Source: Lama glama
Taxonomy: Eukaryota
Direction of reading: 5' to 3'
NCBI GenBank assembly: GCA_028534125.1
Contig: CM052818.1
Location: 16,866,001 to 16,930,000, forward strand
Length of the DNA: 64,000 nt
The translations under genes and the position numbers were made by a program. The notes beneath the pieces were generated by a model. That model did not search any database, had not been told where the DNA came from, and saw only the letters and a list, made by a program, of their open reading frames with translations. Positions 49,705-61,881 of this stretch are shown here, piece by piece; position 1 is the stretch's first letter; every line of letters begins with the position of its first letter.

Positions 49705-51987
49705 AAAAATCGCTAGAGGTAGTAATACAAGGCCAAGACATGAGGAGTCAGTATTAGGTCAGATTTGTGTTAGTGCAGCAGGACCAAGGAAAAAGAAGTT
49801 CAGCACGCTGGTGGGCTCCCTTTGCCTGCTCCTGCTCTAACAGAATTTAAAGCTTCTTTGTGTCTATGTTCTTTGCTGGGGGAACTGTCTGCTACAAGGA
49901 CCTACCTCATCTGCTACTACTGTCCCTTCGTGTACTTACAATATTCATGCCAGTTGGTATAATTATAATACCTTCGGAGGTGGCACAGAACCCTTGAAGG
50001 TCATCAGTGAGGTAGGAACCCTCCTCTTCTCGACGTTAATCAGTTGATCTTCCGCATGACCTGCCTCAGCTACTAAGGCCAGAGCCTGTCACAACTTGAT
50101 AATCATCATTTGTGTTATAGTTAAGATTTCTCCAAAGGAGAGGTCAGAAATTTTTTTTTTTAATAACTGTATTTCTTTTTCATCTTTGTACCTGAGAGAG
50201 AAGTAATAGTAAAGAAAGGGTGAAGGAGAGGGAGAAGAGACAGAACTAATAAAATATTTCAAGCTGAATCAGAGACTTGAAGAGTTTCCAGTGCTTAATC
50301 CATTGATTTTTTCTAAAGCATTCAAGGATACTGTAGTTTATATAAATTTCAAGGCTTTTAGGAATACATTTTACCTCCATAATTCCACCTATAAAGCAAA
50401 TTAATTAGTCACAAATTATGCTTTTAATTGCAAGCATTTTTCATACTGGACTAAATATCATATGAGTAAATTAGACGTGCAGTGCAAAGTACCTGACTTC
50501 AGGAAGCTAACAACCATGCTAATGCTTATCAACAGTGAGCTAAAAATACAAGATAAGTTATATTCAAGTCTCAAATCATGTAATTTGAGTACCTAGTAGA
50601 ATAGATAGTGCATTTCACTTTAGTCTTGAGTGTTCCAGGGTGGCTCAATGAGAGAATTAGGCAGAATGAGAAGGGAAGCCATCCAGCTTTTAGTTAGAGG
50701 GGGAAATGCAACCCATTATCAATAGACACATTGATATAGAAACATTTCTTTTTTATTTTGTTGGCTTAGCTTTTTCTTTGTTGAAATATTCATAAGGGAA
50801 ATTACAGAGCAATCATTCAGCTAAGTCATACATCTGTCATTTTTAGGGTCATATATATTCCTTCCAGCCATATACTCCTGAAGCAGAGAGGAAAAGTTCA
50901 GTTTATGTAAAAGTAAAACATTTGAACAGACCTTGAGTAAAGCAACAATAGCAAATAAATATAAATATGCATTTTGTCATTTTCCATTAAATAGCAGGGT
51001 TAAAGTATGTATTATAAAGAGTTTTCATACCAAAATGATTAAATACAATCTTATATGTCTTAAGTTGTGAAGCAGTGGTTTACAAACAGTAAAGCCATCA
51101 TTAGTTGACAAAACGTTTCTGAACTGTAATTTTTTCAGTCAAGCTTATTCGCAGTGAATGATTTCCTCTGGTGATAATAAGGTTGACCATCTTTACTTTA
51201 GACATTATTTGAAGCCCTGCCTACAGCAAATTGGGAAAAAAATTATACCTGCTGTTAAATTCAAAAAGATACACTTTTATCATGGTTTCAGATTATTTAT
51301 AACTCACAGTGTGGATTTTAAAGTACAATGCAATGAATTGTGTCCTTTACTCAAACACATTTGTATATTGTCTATCGTTTGAAATGAAAGTCAAATTTAT
51401 GTACTTAAGTGGTGAATAAAGATGGAAAATAATTCAACTTGAAGGATAGAAAAAAATGTGTGTAGCTATGGCCTCTAAATAAAAATAATATATTTCCATC
51501 TGACTGTTAAAGCCCTGGGGACTGAGGAAGAGAGTAGAATACCGCGTAAAAGAAGTCAACAGAGTAGATCATGCCAGGTCCCAGGGGATCACAAGGCACA
51601 AAAGCCAGACTCTTATGGTCTTTGGAGAATAAATATTTCTGTCTCTGTTTTTTATCAAGCACATGTTTATTTCAGTTTTCTTCATTTTCTAATATCCTAT
51701 TCAGCTCCATTAATTCAAAATGAAATCATGTTTAATTAATGGGAAGTATATCAGTGTTAAAACTAAGCATCTTAAAATACTTCACACATATTTCCCATTT
51801 TATTACTTAATAGAACTAACCTTACAAGTCTAAAGTCTTCATGTGCTATGATTTCAGTGGTATAAAATAAGAGCCCCCCACCCACCCAATCACTCTTTTA
51901 TACCTCTACATGGTATTTGGTGCAATTCCTTGTGTAGAAGACATTTTTAGTTTTTTTTTTTTTAATTAGTAAGAGCTACATTTGGGT

Positions 51988-52228
51988 AATAATGACAAGC
52001 TAATACACAGTATTACCTTCTTTGTGCTAGGCATTATTCTAGGCACTTCACATATATTATCTCATTTGATTCTCACAATAAGCCTTTGAGATAGGCACTA
52101 CTTTACAAATGGTAAAGTGAGGCAGAAACTGGCTAAGAAGTCTGGCATGACGTGGCAGAACAGAAATTCAAATCCCAACTATCAGGCCCCAAAGCCTGCC
52201 CTCTTTATTGTACCACAGTGCTGCTTCT
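51988..52228 (-). mobile_element. MIR SINE (near full length)
   Basis: 'gtgctaggcattattctaggcacttcacatatattatctcatttgattctcacaa...tttacaaatggtaaagtgaggcaga'. Confidence 0.85.
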
Positions 52229-52629
52229 TACATGTACACACTGGCCCAGGAGAAACAAGGGGGCTTCTGTCCACAGATTCAGTCACTGGGTAACAGTGGT
52301 TGATGCTGACGTTTTTACTGGGGAAGAGAATTGGTTGGAGAGAGAAGAAATTTTGATAGATAAATAGAGTGAGAGCATAGCATCTCCTCCAGGTGTCTGA
52401 AGATGGAAGCAAAATTTTCCATTTGGTGGTTGGGGTAGAGAGGAGGGAATTAGAAAGAAAAGTAGCAACAAAAAAAGGCCAGATGTAGGTACTCCTCACT
52501 TTGCCTGAAGATGGTCTGAAATTTTTACTTCCTTCTATTTTTGTTCAAAGTAGACAATATTCACTGTATTCACAGTGCCAATGAGCAGACGTGCTGACTT
52601 TATGGCAGGGGCCAAAAATGTCAGTGTAG

Positions 52630-52872
52630 AAAGCAAGGTGGCCTGTTTGAAAAAGATCCAGACTTTGGATTCTGAGAGACTAAAACATCACATTTTGCCT
52701 GTGACATGTACTTTTCACCTGTCATTGAGGATAACACTCATCACATGTAAAATTAGAATAACATGTACTTCATAGGTTTATTAAGAGCGTTAAGCAAGGT
52801 GATGGTTTGCAGAGCATCAGATAATATCTTTTTACCCATAAAAAATTAAATAAATGACAGCTTTTGTTATTA
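52630..52872 (+). mobile_element. MIR SINE
   Basis: 'cagactttggattctgagagact...ctcatcacatgtaaaattagaataac...aataaatgacagcttttgttattat'. Confidence 0.65.
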
Positions 52873-54115
52873 TAAGCTCCTCTTTGCTTATTAACGTCTG
52901 TAGATCCCATGGTTCTTCCTAATCCAAGCGTGAGCAAGAGAATCTTAATCTTAATGATGCTGACAATCTATCCAATTTTTAAAAAACTGGCACCTCGATC
53001 TTTTTATAATTGGTAATCATATCTGTAAGACTTATTTCAGCAAATAGAACTGATTTGCTCTTTCAGAGTGTAAAAAGTAGGAGAATATATCAGTAAAAGA
53101 ATCACAGTGATATTTACTTATCTCCCGTATTTTCCACTGTGGTTATTGCAAGGGCTTGGCTAATGGATTATACTGTAAATGTCAACCAAGACAGAATTTA
53201 AAGGAAAGTGCAGTAAAGCCTTTGAGGTTTGTCAGAGTGGCATGGAACATGTTCATGTGTCAAAAGGCCCAGTCCTAAAGCCCAAAAGAATAACAAAAAT
53301 ATCAAAGCCCTGAGTTATCAAGAAAATAAGAAGTATGTTAAAGGTGCATGTTGTTTTTGAAAGCAGTGTCTTAAGTGTGGAAAAGAAGTTGCTTACCTAT
53401 ACCAGCATTCCACTTACGATCTTCTGTGTATGCATCCCTCATGACTTTATACATCTGAAGATGATGCCAAGAGTAGCATTCAGCAATCCTGACCTCAAAC
53501 AACATGCTTTATATAGCTCACCATCCCCATTTGCAGGGTTGTAATTTGGAAAATCTTCCAAAAATTCATTTTCTCTGCCAAGGGAGAGAACTCAAGAGAA
53601 TTTTCAGCTTTGAAACCATCTTAGGAAATTGTGCACAATGAGTAACTGCACACATTATACACTGAAATTGCAAAGGGATGAAAATTATTATTCTCTATTC
53701 TTTAAATGATTAATAATTGGGAGGAGTTACTGAAGAAACTATGGAACAGACATCTATTAACTCATACCTTTAATGGTTAAAGATTCAGTTGATGACAGAT
53801 GGGGTTTGAATGAGTATCTTCACCAATTTTCTCTGTGATATTAGAACAGGAAAAATAAATAAATATATCAATGAAGTTTTTTTCTGACAAAAAAGACTTG
53901 TCAAATCATCATCATTGAGACTCTCTTCATTAAGTGTATTTTTTCCTGTACTTGAAACGTGTATTAGTAGTTCTTTAATTAAAATTGTATGTAAATGTAA
54001 TCAAATCAAAGGAAATGACTCTCCGGCAGACTTTACAAGAAGAGTAAGCAGAAAAGTAGGGGTTTTATTCTTATTGTTTCAGAATTTTACCACTGGAAAA
54101 GACTGGAAAAAGTTG

Positions 54116-54587
54116 TGTATCATTTCCTTTGGACTTCCTAGCAAAGTACCAAAAACTGGGGGGGTTAAACAACAAAAATTGTTTATTATCTCATGGTTCT
54201 ATAGGCTGGAAATTTGGAGTCAATCAAAGCAGGTCCGTGCTTCCCTTTGAAACCTGTAGGGGAATCTTTCCTTGCCTCTTCCTGGCTCCTGGTTGTTTGC
54301 AGGTGTTCTTTGGTGTCCCATGGCTTCTAGATACACCACTCCCATCCTCAGCCCTCACAAGGCCTTCTCACTTTGTGTCTTCACATTGTCTTCCCTCCAT
54401 GCGCGTATGTCCTTATGTCCAAATATCTTCTTTTTATTAGGGTAACAATCATGTTGGATTAGTGCCTACACTAATGACCTCATTTTAACTTGACTATCTG
54501 TGTAAAGACCCTATTGCAAAATAAGGTCACATTCTGAGGTACTGACAGTTATTTTTTGTTGGGGGGACACAGCTCGACCAATAATGA
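54116..54587 (-). mobile_element. MLT1C-like MaLR solo LTR
   Basis: 'tgtatcatttcc...aaagtaccaaaaactggg...taatgacctcattttaacttga...aaataaggtcacattctgaggtact...ggggggacacag'; paralogous to 23766-24211. Confidence 0.9.
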
Positions 54588-55244
54588 TTTATGATAGAAA
54601 GATCTTGTAATTCTGTATCACATATTATTTTCTTTTGTTGGGTTTGGTTTGCAGTGCACATAAATATCAAATTATTAACATCTCAAAGCTGGCAAAGTTT
54701 GTAGGACTCTTGTTATAAGTTGATGACAAGATAATGACATTTGAACTTAAAAACCTTTGGCTGTCTCTGCTTTGGAGAGTCCACATGACACAGAACCCAT
54801 AAAACCATATTTTTATGGTTTGATTTTACTCTAAGGTAACTTGATACAAGAAAATTTACATTTCTTCAAAACTTACATCAAGAATTATTTTTGTTTTTGA
54901 AAAGACTCACTACTTTACCAAATCTTAGCCCTAGTTTCCATTAAATCACACTCAGTCCTAAAATAATAATGAAAATACAAATACAAAAACTCAATGAAAA
55001 CAAGACTCATACAAAATTTTTTAGGAACAAAATTATTATATAAACTAAGTTTTTTTTCCTGTGAATCTCTCAAGAGAATTCAGGTTTGTTTTTGTTTTTG
55101 TTTTTAAAGGACAAATAAAAGAGGGTGGGCCAGAGGTCTAATGTGGTAGTTAGTTTGGGCTTCGAGCTTAGTCCTGCCATTTAAACTTTACTATACACAC
55201 TGGTCCATCTCTTTACCTAATTAGGATTTTTTTTTAAGATTTTT

Positions 55245-57400
55245 TAAAATAAACTTTTTTTAGAGCAGTTTTAGACTCACAGCGAGATTGAGAGATGTAT
55301 CCATTATAGCCTCATACAGAATAGTTTCACTTCCCTGAAAATTCCTCTGTGTTTTGCCTATTCATCACCCCTTCCTGTAACCCTGGCAACCACTGATCTT
55401 TTTAGGGTCTCCATAGTTTTCCCTTTTCCAGAATGTTATAAAATATGTAGCTGGAATCATACAATATGTAGCCTTTTGAAATTGACTTCTCTTCATTTAA
55501 TAATACACACTTAAGATTCTTCCTTGTCATTTCATTGCTTGATAACTCATTTCTTTCTAATGCTGAATAATATTTCATTGTCTGATTGTACCAGAGTTTG
55601 TTACTTTAATATTTCTTTGAAGTATAGTTGATTTACAATGTTTCAGGTGTACTGCAAAGTGATTCAGTTTTATATACATATACACATACATATACATATG
55701 TTATCATATGTTTGTCCTGTGTAACTTGCTTCAGTTAGTATGATAATCTCTAGGTCCATCAATGTTGCTGCAAATGGCATTATTTCATTCATTTTTATTG
55801 CTGAGTAGTATTTTGGTGTGTGTGTGTGTGTGTGCGCGCCACATCTTTATTCATTCATCTGTCGATGACATTTAGGTTGCTTCCATGTCTTGGCTATTGT
55901 AAATAGTGCCACTGTGAACATTGCGGTGCACATATCTTTTCAAATTAGAGCTTTCATCTTTTCAGATACATGCCGAGGAGTGAGATTGCTAGATCATATG
56001 GTAAGTCTATTTTTAGTTTTTTAAGGAACCTCCATACGTTTCTCATAGTGGCTGCACCAATTTACATTATCACCAGCAATGTAGGACGTTCCCTTTTCTC
56101 CACACCTTCTCCAGCATTTATTATTTGTAAACTTTTTGATGATGACCATTCTGACCAGTGTGAAGTGATAACCTCATTGTAGTTTTGATTTGCATTTCTC
56201 TAATAATTAACGATGATGAGCATCTTCTCATGTGCCTATTGGCCATCTATATGTCTTCTTTGTGGAAATGTCTACTTATGTCTTCATTTTTTGATTAGGT
56301 TGTTTGTTTTTTTGATATTGAACTGTATGTGCTGTTTCTGTACTTTGGAAATTAATCCCTAGTCGGTCGCATCATTCGGGAATATTTTCTCCCATTCTGT
56401 AGGTTGCCTTTTCATTTTGTTTATCATTTCCTTTGCTGTGAAAAAACTTTTAAGTATAATTAGGTCCCATTTGTTTATTTTTGCTTTTGGTTCCATTACT
56501 CCATGAGACATCCAAAATAATATTGCTTCAGTTTATATCAAAGAGTATCTTGCCTATGTTTTTCAGTAGGATACTTTAGAGTATCCAGTCTTACATTTAG
56601 ATCTTCAATCCAGTTTGAGTTTATTTTTGTAGATGGCTTTAGAGAATGTTCTAATTTCATTCTTTTACATGTAGCTGTCCAGTTTTCCCAGCACCATTTA
56701 TTGAAGAGATGGTTTTTTCTCCATTGTCTATTCTTGCCTCCTTTGATTAATTGACCGTAAGTGAGTGGATGTACCACAGTTTAATTATCTATTTACCAGT
56801 GAAGGACATCTTGGTTGCTTCCAAGTTTGGGCAGTTATGAATACAGTTGCTATAAACATCCAAGTGCAGGTTTTTGTATGGATGTTAAGTTTTCTGTTCC
56901 TTTGAGTAAATACCAAGGAGGAAGATTGCTGGATTATATGGTAAGAATGTGGTTAATTTTGTAAGAAACTGCCGAACTGTCTTCCAAAGTGGCTTTAACA
57001 TTTTGCACTCCCACCACCAAAGAATGATTGTTCTTCTTGCTCCACACCCTTGCCAGAGTTTAGCATAGTCAGTGTACCAAATTCTAGTCATTCTAATAGG
57101 TGTGCAGAGGTATCTCATTGTTGATAGAACTTGCATTCCCCTGATGACATGTGATGTAAAAATATTTTTATATGGTTATTTGCATATCATATATACTCTT
57201 TGGTGAAGTGTCTATTATGGTCTTTGACCTATTTTTGAGTCTGGTTGTGTTCTTGTTGTTGACTTTTAAGAATTCTTTATTTATTTTGGGTAATAGTGCT
57301 TTATCAAATATGTCTTCTGCAAATATTTTCTTTCGGCCTATGGCTTGTCTGTTTCTTCTGTTGATAGTGTCTTTTTCAGAGCAGAAATTTTTAATTTTAG
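55245..57400 (-). mobile_element. L1MC1/2-type L1 (pieces about 55245-55599 and 56770-57400) interrupted by a younger L1
   Basis: 'tagagcagttttagactcacagc...atacagaatagtttcacttccctgaaaattcctc'; ORF2 remnants in minus ORFs 56885-57136 and 57168-57521 (KIKNFCSEKDTINR). Confidence 0.88.
55600..56769 (-). mobile_element. Younger artiodactyl-type L1 nested in L1MC
   Basis: 'tgaagtatagttgatttacaatgtt' 3' end; minus ORF 56538-56777 '[23 protein letters not shown]' is ORF2; TSD tgtaccagagttt (55587-99) / tgtaccacagttt (56770-82). Confidence 0.92.
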
Positions 57401-58103
57401 ATTTCTCACCCAAGAAAGATATACAAAATCTGGAGCTTTTACCCAATTCCTTACTCCAAGAAAAAGAAGTCACAGTACATACTGCTCTTAGACATAACCA
57501 CATATACATTTTTAAAACCAAATAACACTTATCATAGGTAATTTTTTATATTGAACAAAAACTGATATCTGAAAAGTTTAACTCAGAAAAATTGGTTTTG
57601 GTAGAAATGTTGACAACAACTACAACAAAAATCTTAGAATATAATAAAAATTAAAAATTATGATATAGTGGCTTAAATTTGTTATAACATTTATGTAGAA
57701 AATAATTGATAATGATAATCTTCAGGAATAAGGGAAATTTAAAAACTGAAGGTGTCACTTTGCTGTGTAGAAAATTAAGCAATTAATTTAGTTTAATGGA
57801 AGTCACTTGAGAAAATTCTCTATAAATTCTGATGGTATGCTTGTGTACATTAAAAAAGTCAAAATATCTTTGAAGCCAACACGAGCAGTGGATCGAAGTA
57901 AAATGGTCAAAGTGGCAAGATTAAGATGGTCTGTATTCCTGCTCAGGAGTCAAGAGTCATAAAATAGTGACTTTTGACTTTTGTATAATTTTGATTGTTC
58001 AGCATTCATTTTCTGAAACCGCTTCTGTCATTTATTTCCACAAATTACATACACCGTATCTTTTAAATGTAAGTAAGTTTAACTAAAAATTTAAATTCTC
58101 ATG

Positions 58104-58161
58104 CATGTGAGTATGTGTTTGTATGTGTGTGTATGTGTGTATGTGTGTGTATGTGTGTGTG
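58104..58161. repeat. (TATGTGTGTG)n-like compound microsatellite
   Basis: directly visible. Confidence 0.85.
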
Positions 58162-59904
58162 AATTTGAGAGTATCTTGAAGTGCCACAAAATTAGACATG
58201 GGGAGTAATTCCAACAAATATTTCCTAAACTAGTTCTCTTCACTGATCACATCCTCCTAGCTTACTTCAGGTTTCAAGTTGCTTTGCATTAGAGTTCTCA
58301 CACAGTCTCCCTCTCTCTGCTTTTTGAGTCAGCTCTCCTTCCCTGCTGAAAAATATGCAGGTGTTTCCTCAGGTCAATGTGCTTTTCCACTGTTCCATCA
58401 TTGTAGGAATAAAATTATTACCTTTTCTTAAAATATAAAGTCAAAAATTACTTCTTACAAGAATCCAAACATAGTACAAAATTTTGTGAAATTTAATATG
58501 CTTCTTGGAATAAAACTTGAAACTAACTCATTTATTTATCAAATCAACTTATTTTTAGTATTGTCTCACTGCATATATAAATGAGCAGAGGAAATTCACC
58601 TATACTAATTTTTTTCAAGTTTCACAAGAGGAAAAGTTACCAGGTTAGATAAGATAGAATTGTACCACAGTGTTTAGATACATTGTATCAATAAAGGAAA
58701 AAATACCAAATTTTCAGCAATTGCTACCAACAACTGAAGTATCAATGTAGAAAATGCTTCTCAAATTATTTTATGAAGATCTTACAATCTTGTGATAACA
58801 CAGGTTAAAATTTGAATTTTTTTAATACTTAAACATTTCTTTTTAATGACTTTGTAACCTATTATTTAAAAGAGAGCCCATCTAGACTGTTGTAATTTTA
58901 CAGCATTTGAGACACAGAATTAACCTTGGTGTTGTATCTCATATGGCTTAACCAATTTGTTTAGAAATGTCAATCATGACATGCTTCCGTGGACTTTATT
59001 TTCTGGGGAAAATTCCTCATTTAGGTTTCCCTCCTCAAGTGTTCCCGTTTTCTTGGTGAAGATAGAATGTTCAGTGCTAGCTTGCTGAGTCTGAGAGTTT
59101 CAGCAGTCCATGGAAAATGACGGGTGGTTCAGAAAGTAAGCCCTGGGTCAGAGAGACATGTAAAGTCATCACTCCTTTCTCATGTGGTACTGAAACTCAG
59201 TTGCTTCTAGGAAATACTTCTAAGTCTTCTAAGACTTTAAAAAAAAGCAGATTTAAGAAGCAGTCTCTGGTTAAGAAAAATAGAAGTGTATTCTATTTAT
59301 GCAACGCAGTTTTCAAAACAATATATGCATTTTGACTTATTATCGAGAAAAATATTTGTTTGGGATTTTAATGATCTAAATCATCCAAATCAAAACAGCA
59401 AAGCTCATGGATATTTTTTAATTGCTGTTTAAGTTTTCTAAGTGGTTAAATATATCTTTTTTTCCCCCAAATTCTTTTTTATTATTACTTCTCTCTAAGT
59501 AAACTGTTTATTGGGTGAATATTTCCCAGTCAACTGGGGCTTGCTTTGTTGCTCCTACTAAATATTTTATGGGATAACAGGATATATCTATTTTTCACAT
59601 ATAATTACCTCCAGCCCACCTAAAATAAATAACAAATATCAAGGAAATATTTAAATAGCTGAGTTCTCATATGGGCAGAGGAATGTGATTACTGAAGTAT
59701 TTATGTACAAGAAGACTGTTCTCTTGGCTTACACTGGGAATTTCTGGACATTTTCACAGAGGAAGTTTATCTTAGAATGATCACTTTCTCTGACAAAAGC
59801 TTGTAGCCAAGATTTATTTAAATGAATGGAAGCTAGCCTTCGTGTAGTGCCTGTAATGTACCAGGTCTCTGATGTACCCTTGGCTTTACTTACATTTGAC
59901 ACTG

Positions 59905-60075
59905 CTTAAATCTTTGCTGAGGGAGCTGCTCTGTGCTTTTAAAATGTTTACCTGCATGTCTGGCCTCTACTGGATACCAGTAGAAACCCATTTCTCCTTT
60001 GTTACAGCCAGTATGTTGTCAGACATTTTCAAGTGTTTCTGGGAGATAAAAATCTCCCCTGGTTGAGAACCACTG
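59905..60075. mobile_element. MER20 hAT-Charlie relic (partial)
   Basis: 'gagctgctctgtgc...ctggcctctactggataccagtag...cagacattttcaagtg...cccctggttgagaaccactg'. Confidence 0.75.
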
Positions 60076-61084
60076 TCTAACTAAACCTGAAATTTGTTGT
60101 AAGTGTCATTACTACATTTCTGATATTATGTCTGTGACTTACAAATAATAAGACAAAATCCACAGTCTAAGCTTCCATGTAACAATAAATTAAATTACAA
60201 ACCAGTCAGGGGAAAAAAAGAAACCAAAAAAACCCCACAAATGCATGGATTTATGACATGACTGTAAAAGAAGTTAAAGTAGAAAGTCTGATTATTGATG
60301 TGAAGGAACTATGACATTGGGCCTTTAAATCAGATCAGCAACTTTTAAATATAAATGCCTTGGCACCTTCACAGAAATTCCTTACCAGTCAGAGAGTTCC
60401 TCTGTTACCTCATTTGTGTGGAATCATCTGGGAAAAGCCAAACTTTTTAACAACTACTGACATTGTGTGAAAATTTTCTATAGCCCTCAGACAATGTATC
60501 ATCTATTAGCCATCTGAGAGGCAGTTGCAGAGGGAGAGGGCAAGGGGTGGGAGGGTGGGGCGGGAGAGGGAGCAGGAGCCCCAAGGAAACTTTGATCAGC
60601 CTTTAAAGGCCTTTCCTGGTGTGATTCCTACATCATCCATGTGGTCAGAAGGTCTTCATCCCGAAGTTGCTTTTGTTCAGAACTAAGTGGCATGCAGACA
60701 GGACAGAATAGTTTAAAACTGTCTCATTTATGAGTTAGAGCAAACCAGGCTATTAAAGAAGCATAAAAATTAACTTTAGGAGTTCCTCTTTTTTTCTATC
60801 GACAGCGGTCATTTTAGGAGTGTTTAAACATGCTTAAAGCAATTTTTGAAATCCCTATCAGAGAGCGTACTTGCAGACAGCCTCACCAAGCTCATATGGC
60901 CTTTCTTCCATACAGTTTCCCCATTAACAGGATAATATCAGCATCTATGGAGGAAACTGAAGCAGCACTGTGTTTTGGAGCTGACTTCCCCTGGACATGG
61001 CTGGTGGCTTTGGTTGTAGTGCTAGTTTAGATATCTTTTGAACTTTGGATTGTTGACTGATAGAATCCTGCCTTGAGACCCTAA

Positions 61085-61400
61085 CTCACTGAGTTAACCG
61101 TGTTTATTGTGCCCTAATTGTGAGCCAGTCGTTCCAGCAGGCATTGTCATGACAAGGAACAATGTTTATAGTAAATAATATAATAATATAATTAGGGCCA
61201 CGTATCATAGGCATACACAAACACTATGATTTACTAAGTAACGTACCAAGGAGTACAAAGGAGTGTCTTGAAAGTTAATACATGTCTTGAGTGACTGAAT
61301 ATGAAGGAGAGATTTGTAGTAAGTAAGGTGAATCAGAGATGCTTTCATGACAAAGGTGAGCTTTGAATGTGAAGTCAAAAGAGATGAGAGTTATAGAATG
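61085..61400 (-). mobile_element. L2 3' region
   Basis: 'gtgtttattgtgccctaattgtgagccag...aatcagagatgctttcatgacaaaggtgagctttgaatgtg'. Confidence 0.55.
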
Positions 61401-61430
61401 ATACAAGAAACATAAGCAAAGACATAAAAT

Positions 61431-61592
61431 CAGGAGAAAGAAAAGCAGAGGAAAAGGAAGAGTTGGAGGAGAAGGGGGGAAGGAAGGGAGGAGAGGAATA
61501 GGGGAGAGGGAAGAAGGAAGGAAAGAAGGAAGGAAGGAAAGGGGAGGGGAGGGGAGAGAGAGAGAAGGAAAAAGGAAAAACAAAGAAAGAAA
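61431..61592. repeat. GA-rich polypurine low-complexity tract
   Basis: about 160 bp almost entirely A/G, including (GGAA)n. Confidence 0.9.
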
Positions 61593-61736
61593 ATGCAGTC
61601 ATCCAAGTGGGAGAGGATTAATCTTAGTTTCCTAGTGAGGAAAGAAACTGATAATGTAAAAGTAAAAGAGAAAAATGAGCTGATGCCTGTAACAGAGTGG
61701 GTAAGAGTGCATATAAATTACTGCATAATGATGAAA

Positions 61737-61881
61737 ATTGGCTTTTTAAAAGTGTGTTCCCCAGACCAGTAGCATTGGCATCACTTGAGATCTTGTTAGA
61801 ATTACAAATTTTGGGGTCCCCACACCTACTTAAATAAGACATCCAGGTGGTGTGATGCTGACTCAAGTGTGGGAACCACTG
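61737..61881. mobile_element. MER5A MITE
   Basis: 'aaagtgtgttccccagaccagtagcattggcatcacttgagatcttgttagaa...ccaggtggtgtgatgc...gggaaccactg'. Confidence 0.8.

Noticed and set aside
53522..53574. Minus-strand exon-like segment (cttggcag / gtgagc) reading ENEFLEDFPNYNPANGD
   Set aside because: Isolated, peptide unrecognised, and opposite to the inferred host direction; such site pairs arise by chance.
57399..57430. Possible L1 5' inversion ('atttctcacccaagaaagatatacaaa' resembles plus-strand ORF2)
   Set aside because: Too short, and the same ORF2 segment is already present in the minus copy, which does not fit twin priming.
56538..57525. Protein-coding ORFs with recognisable motifs
   Set aside because: Frameshifted L1 ORF2 remnants, already listed as mobile elements.
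61275..61602. Pro/Ser/Phe/Leu-rich ORFs
   Set aside because: Translation of the GA-rich low-complexity tract.
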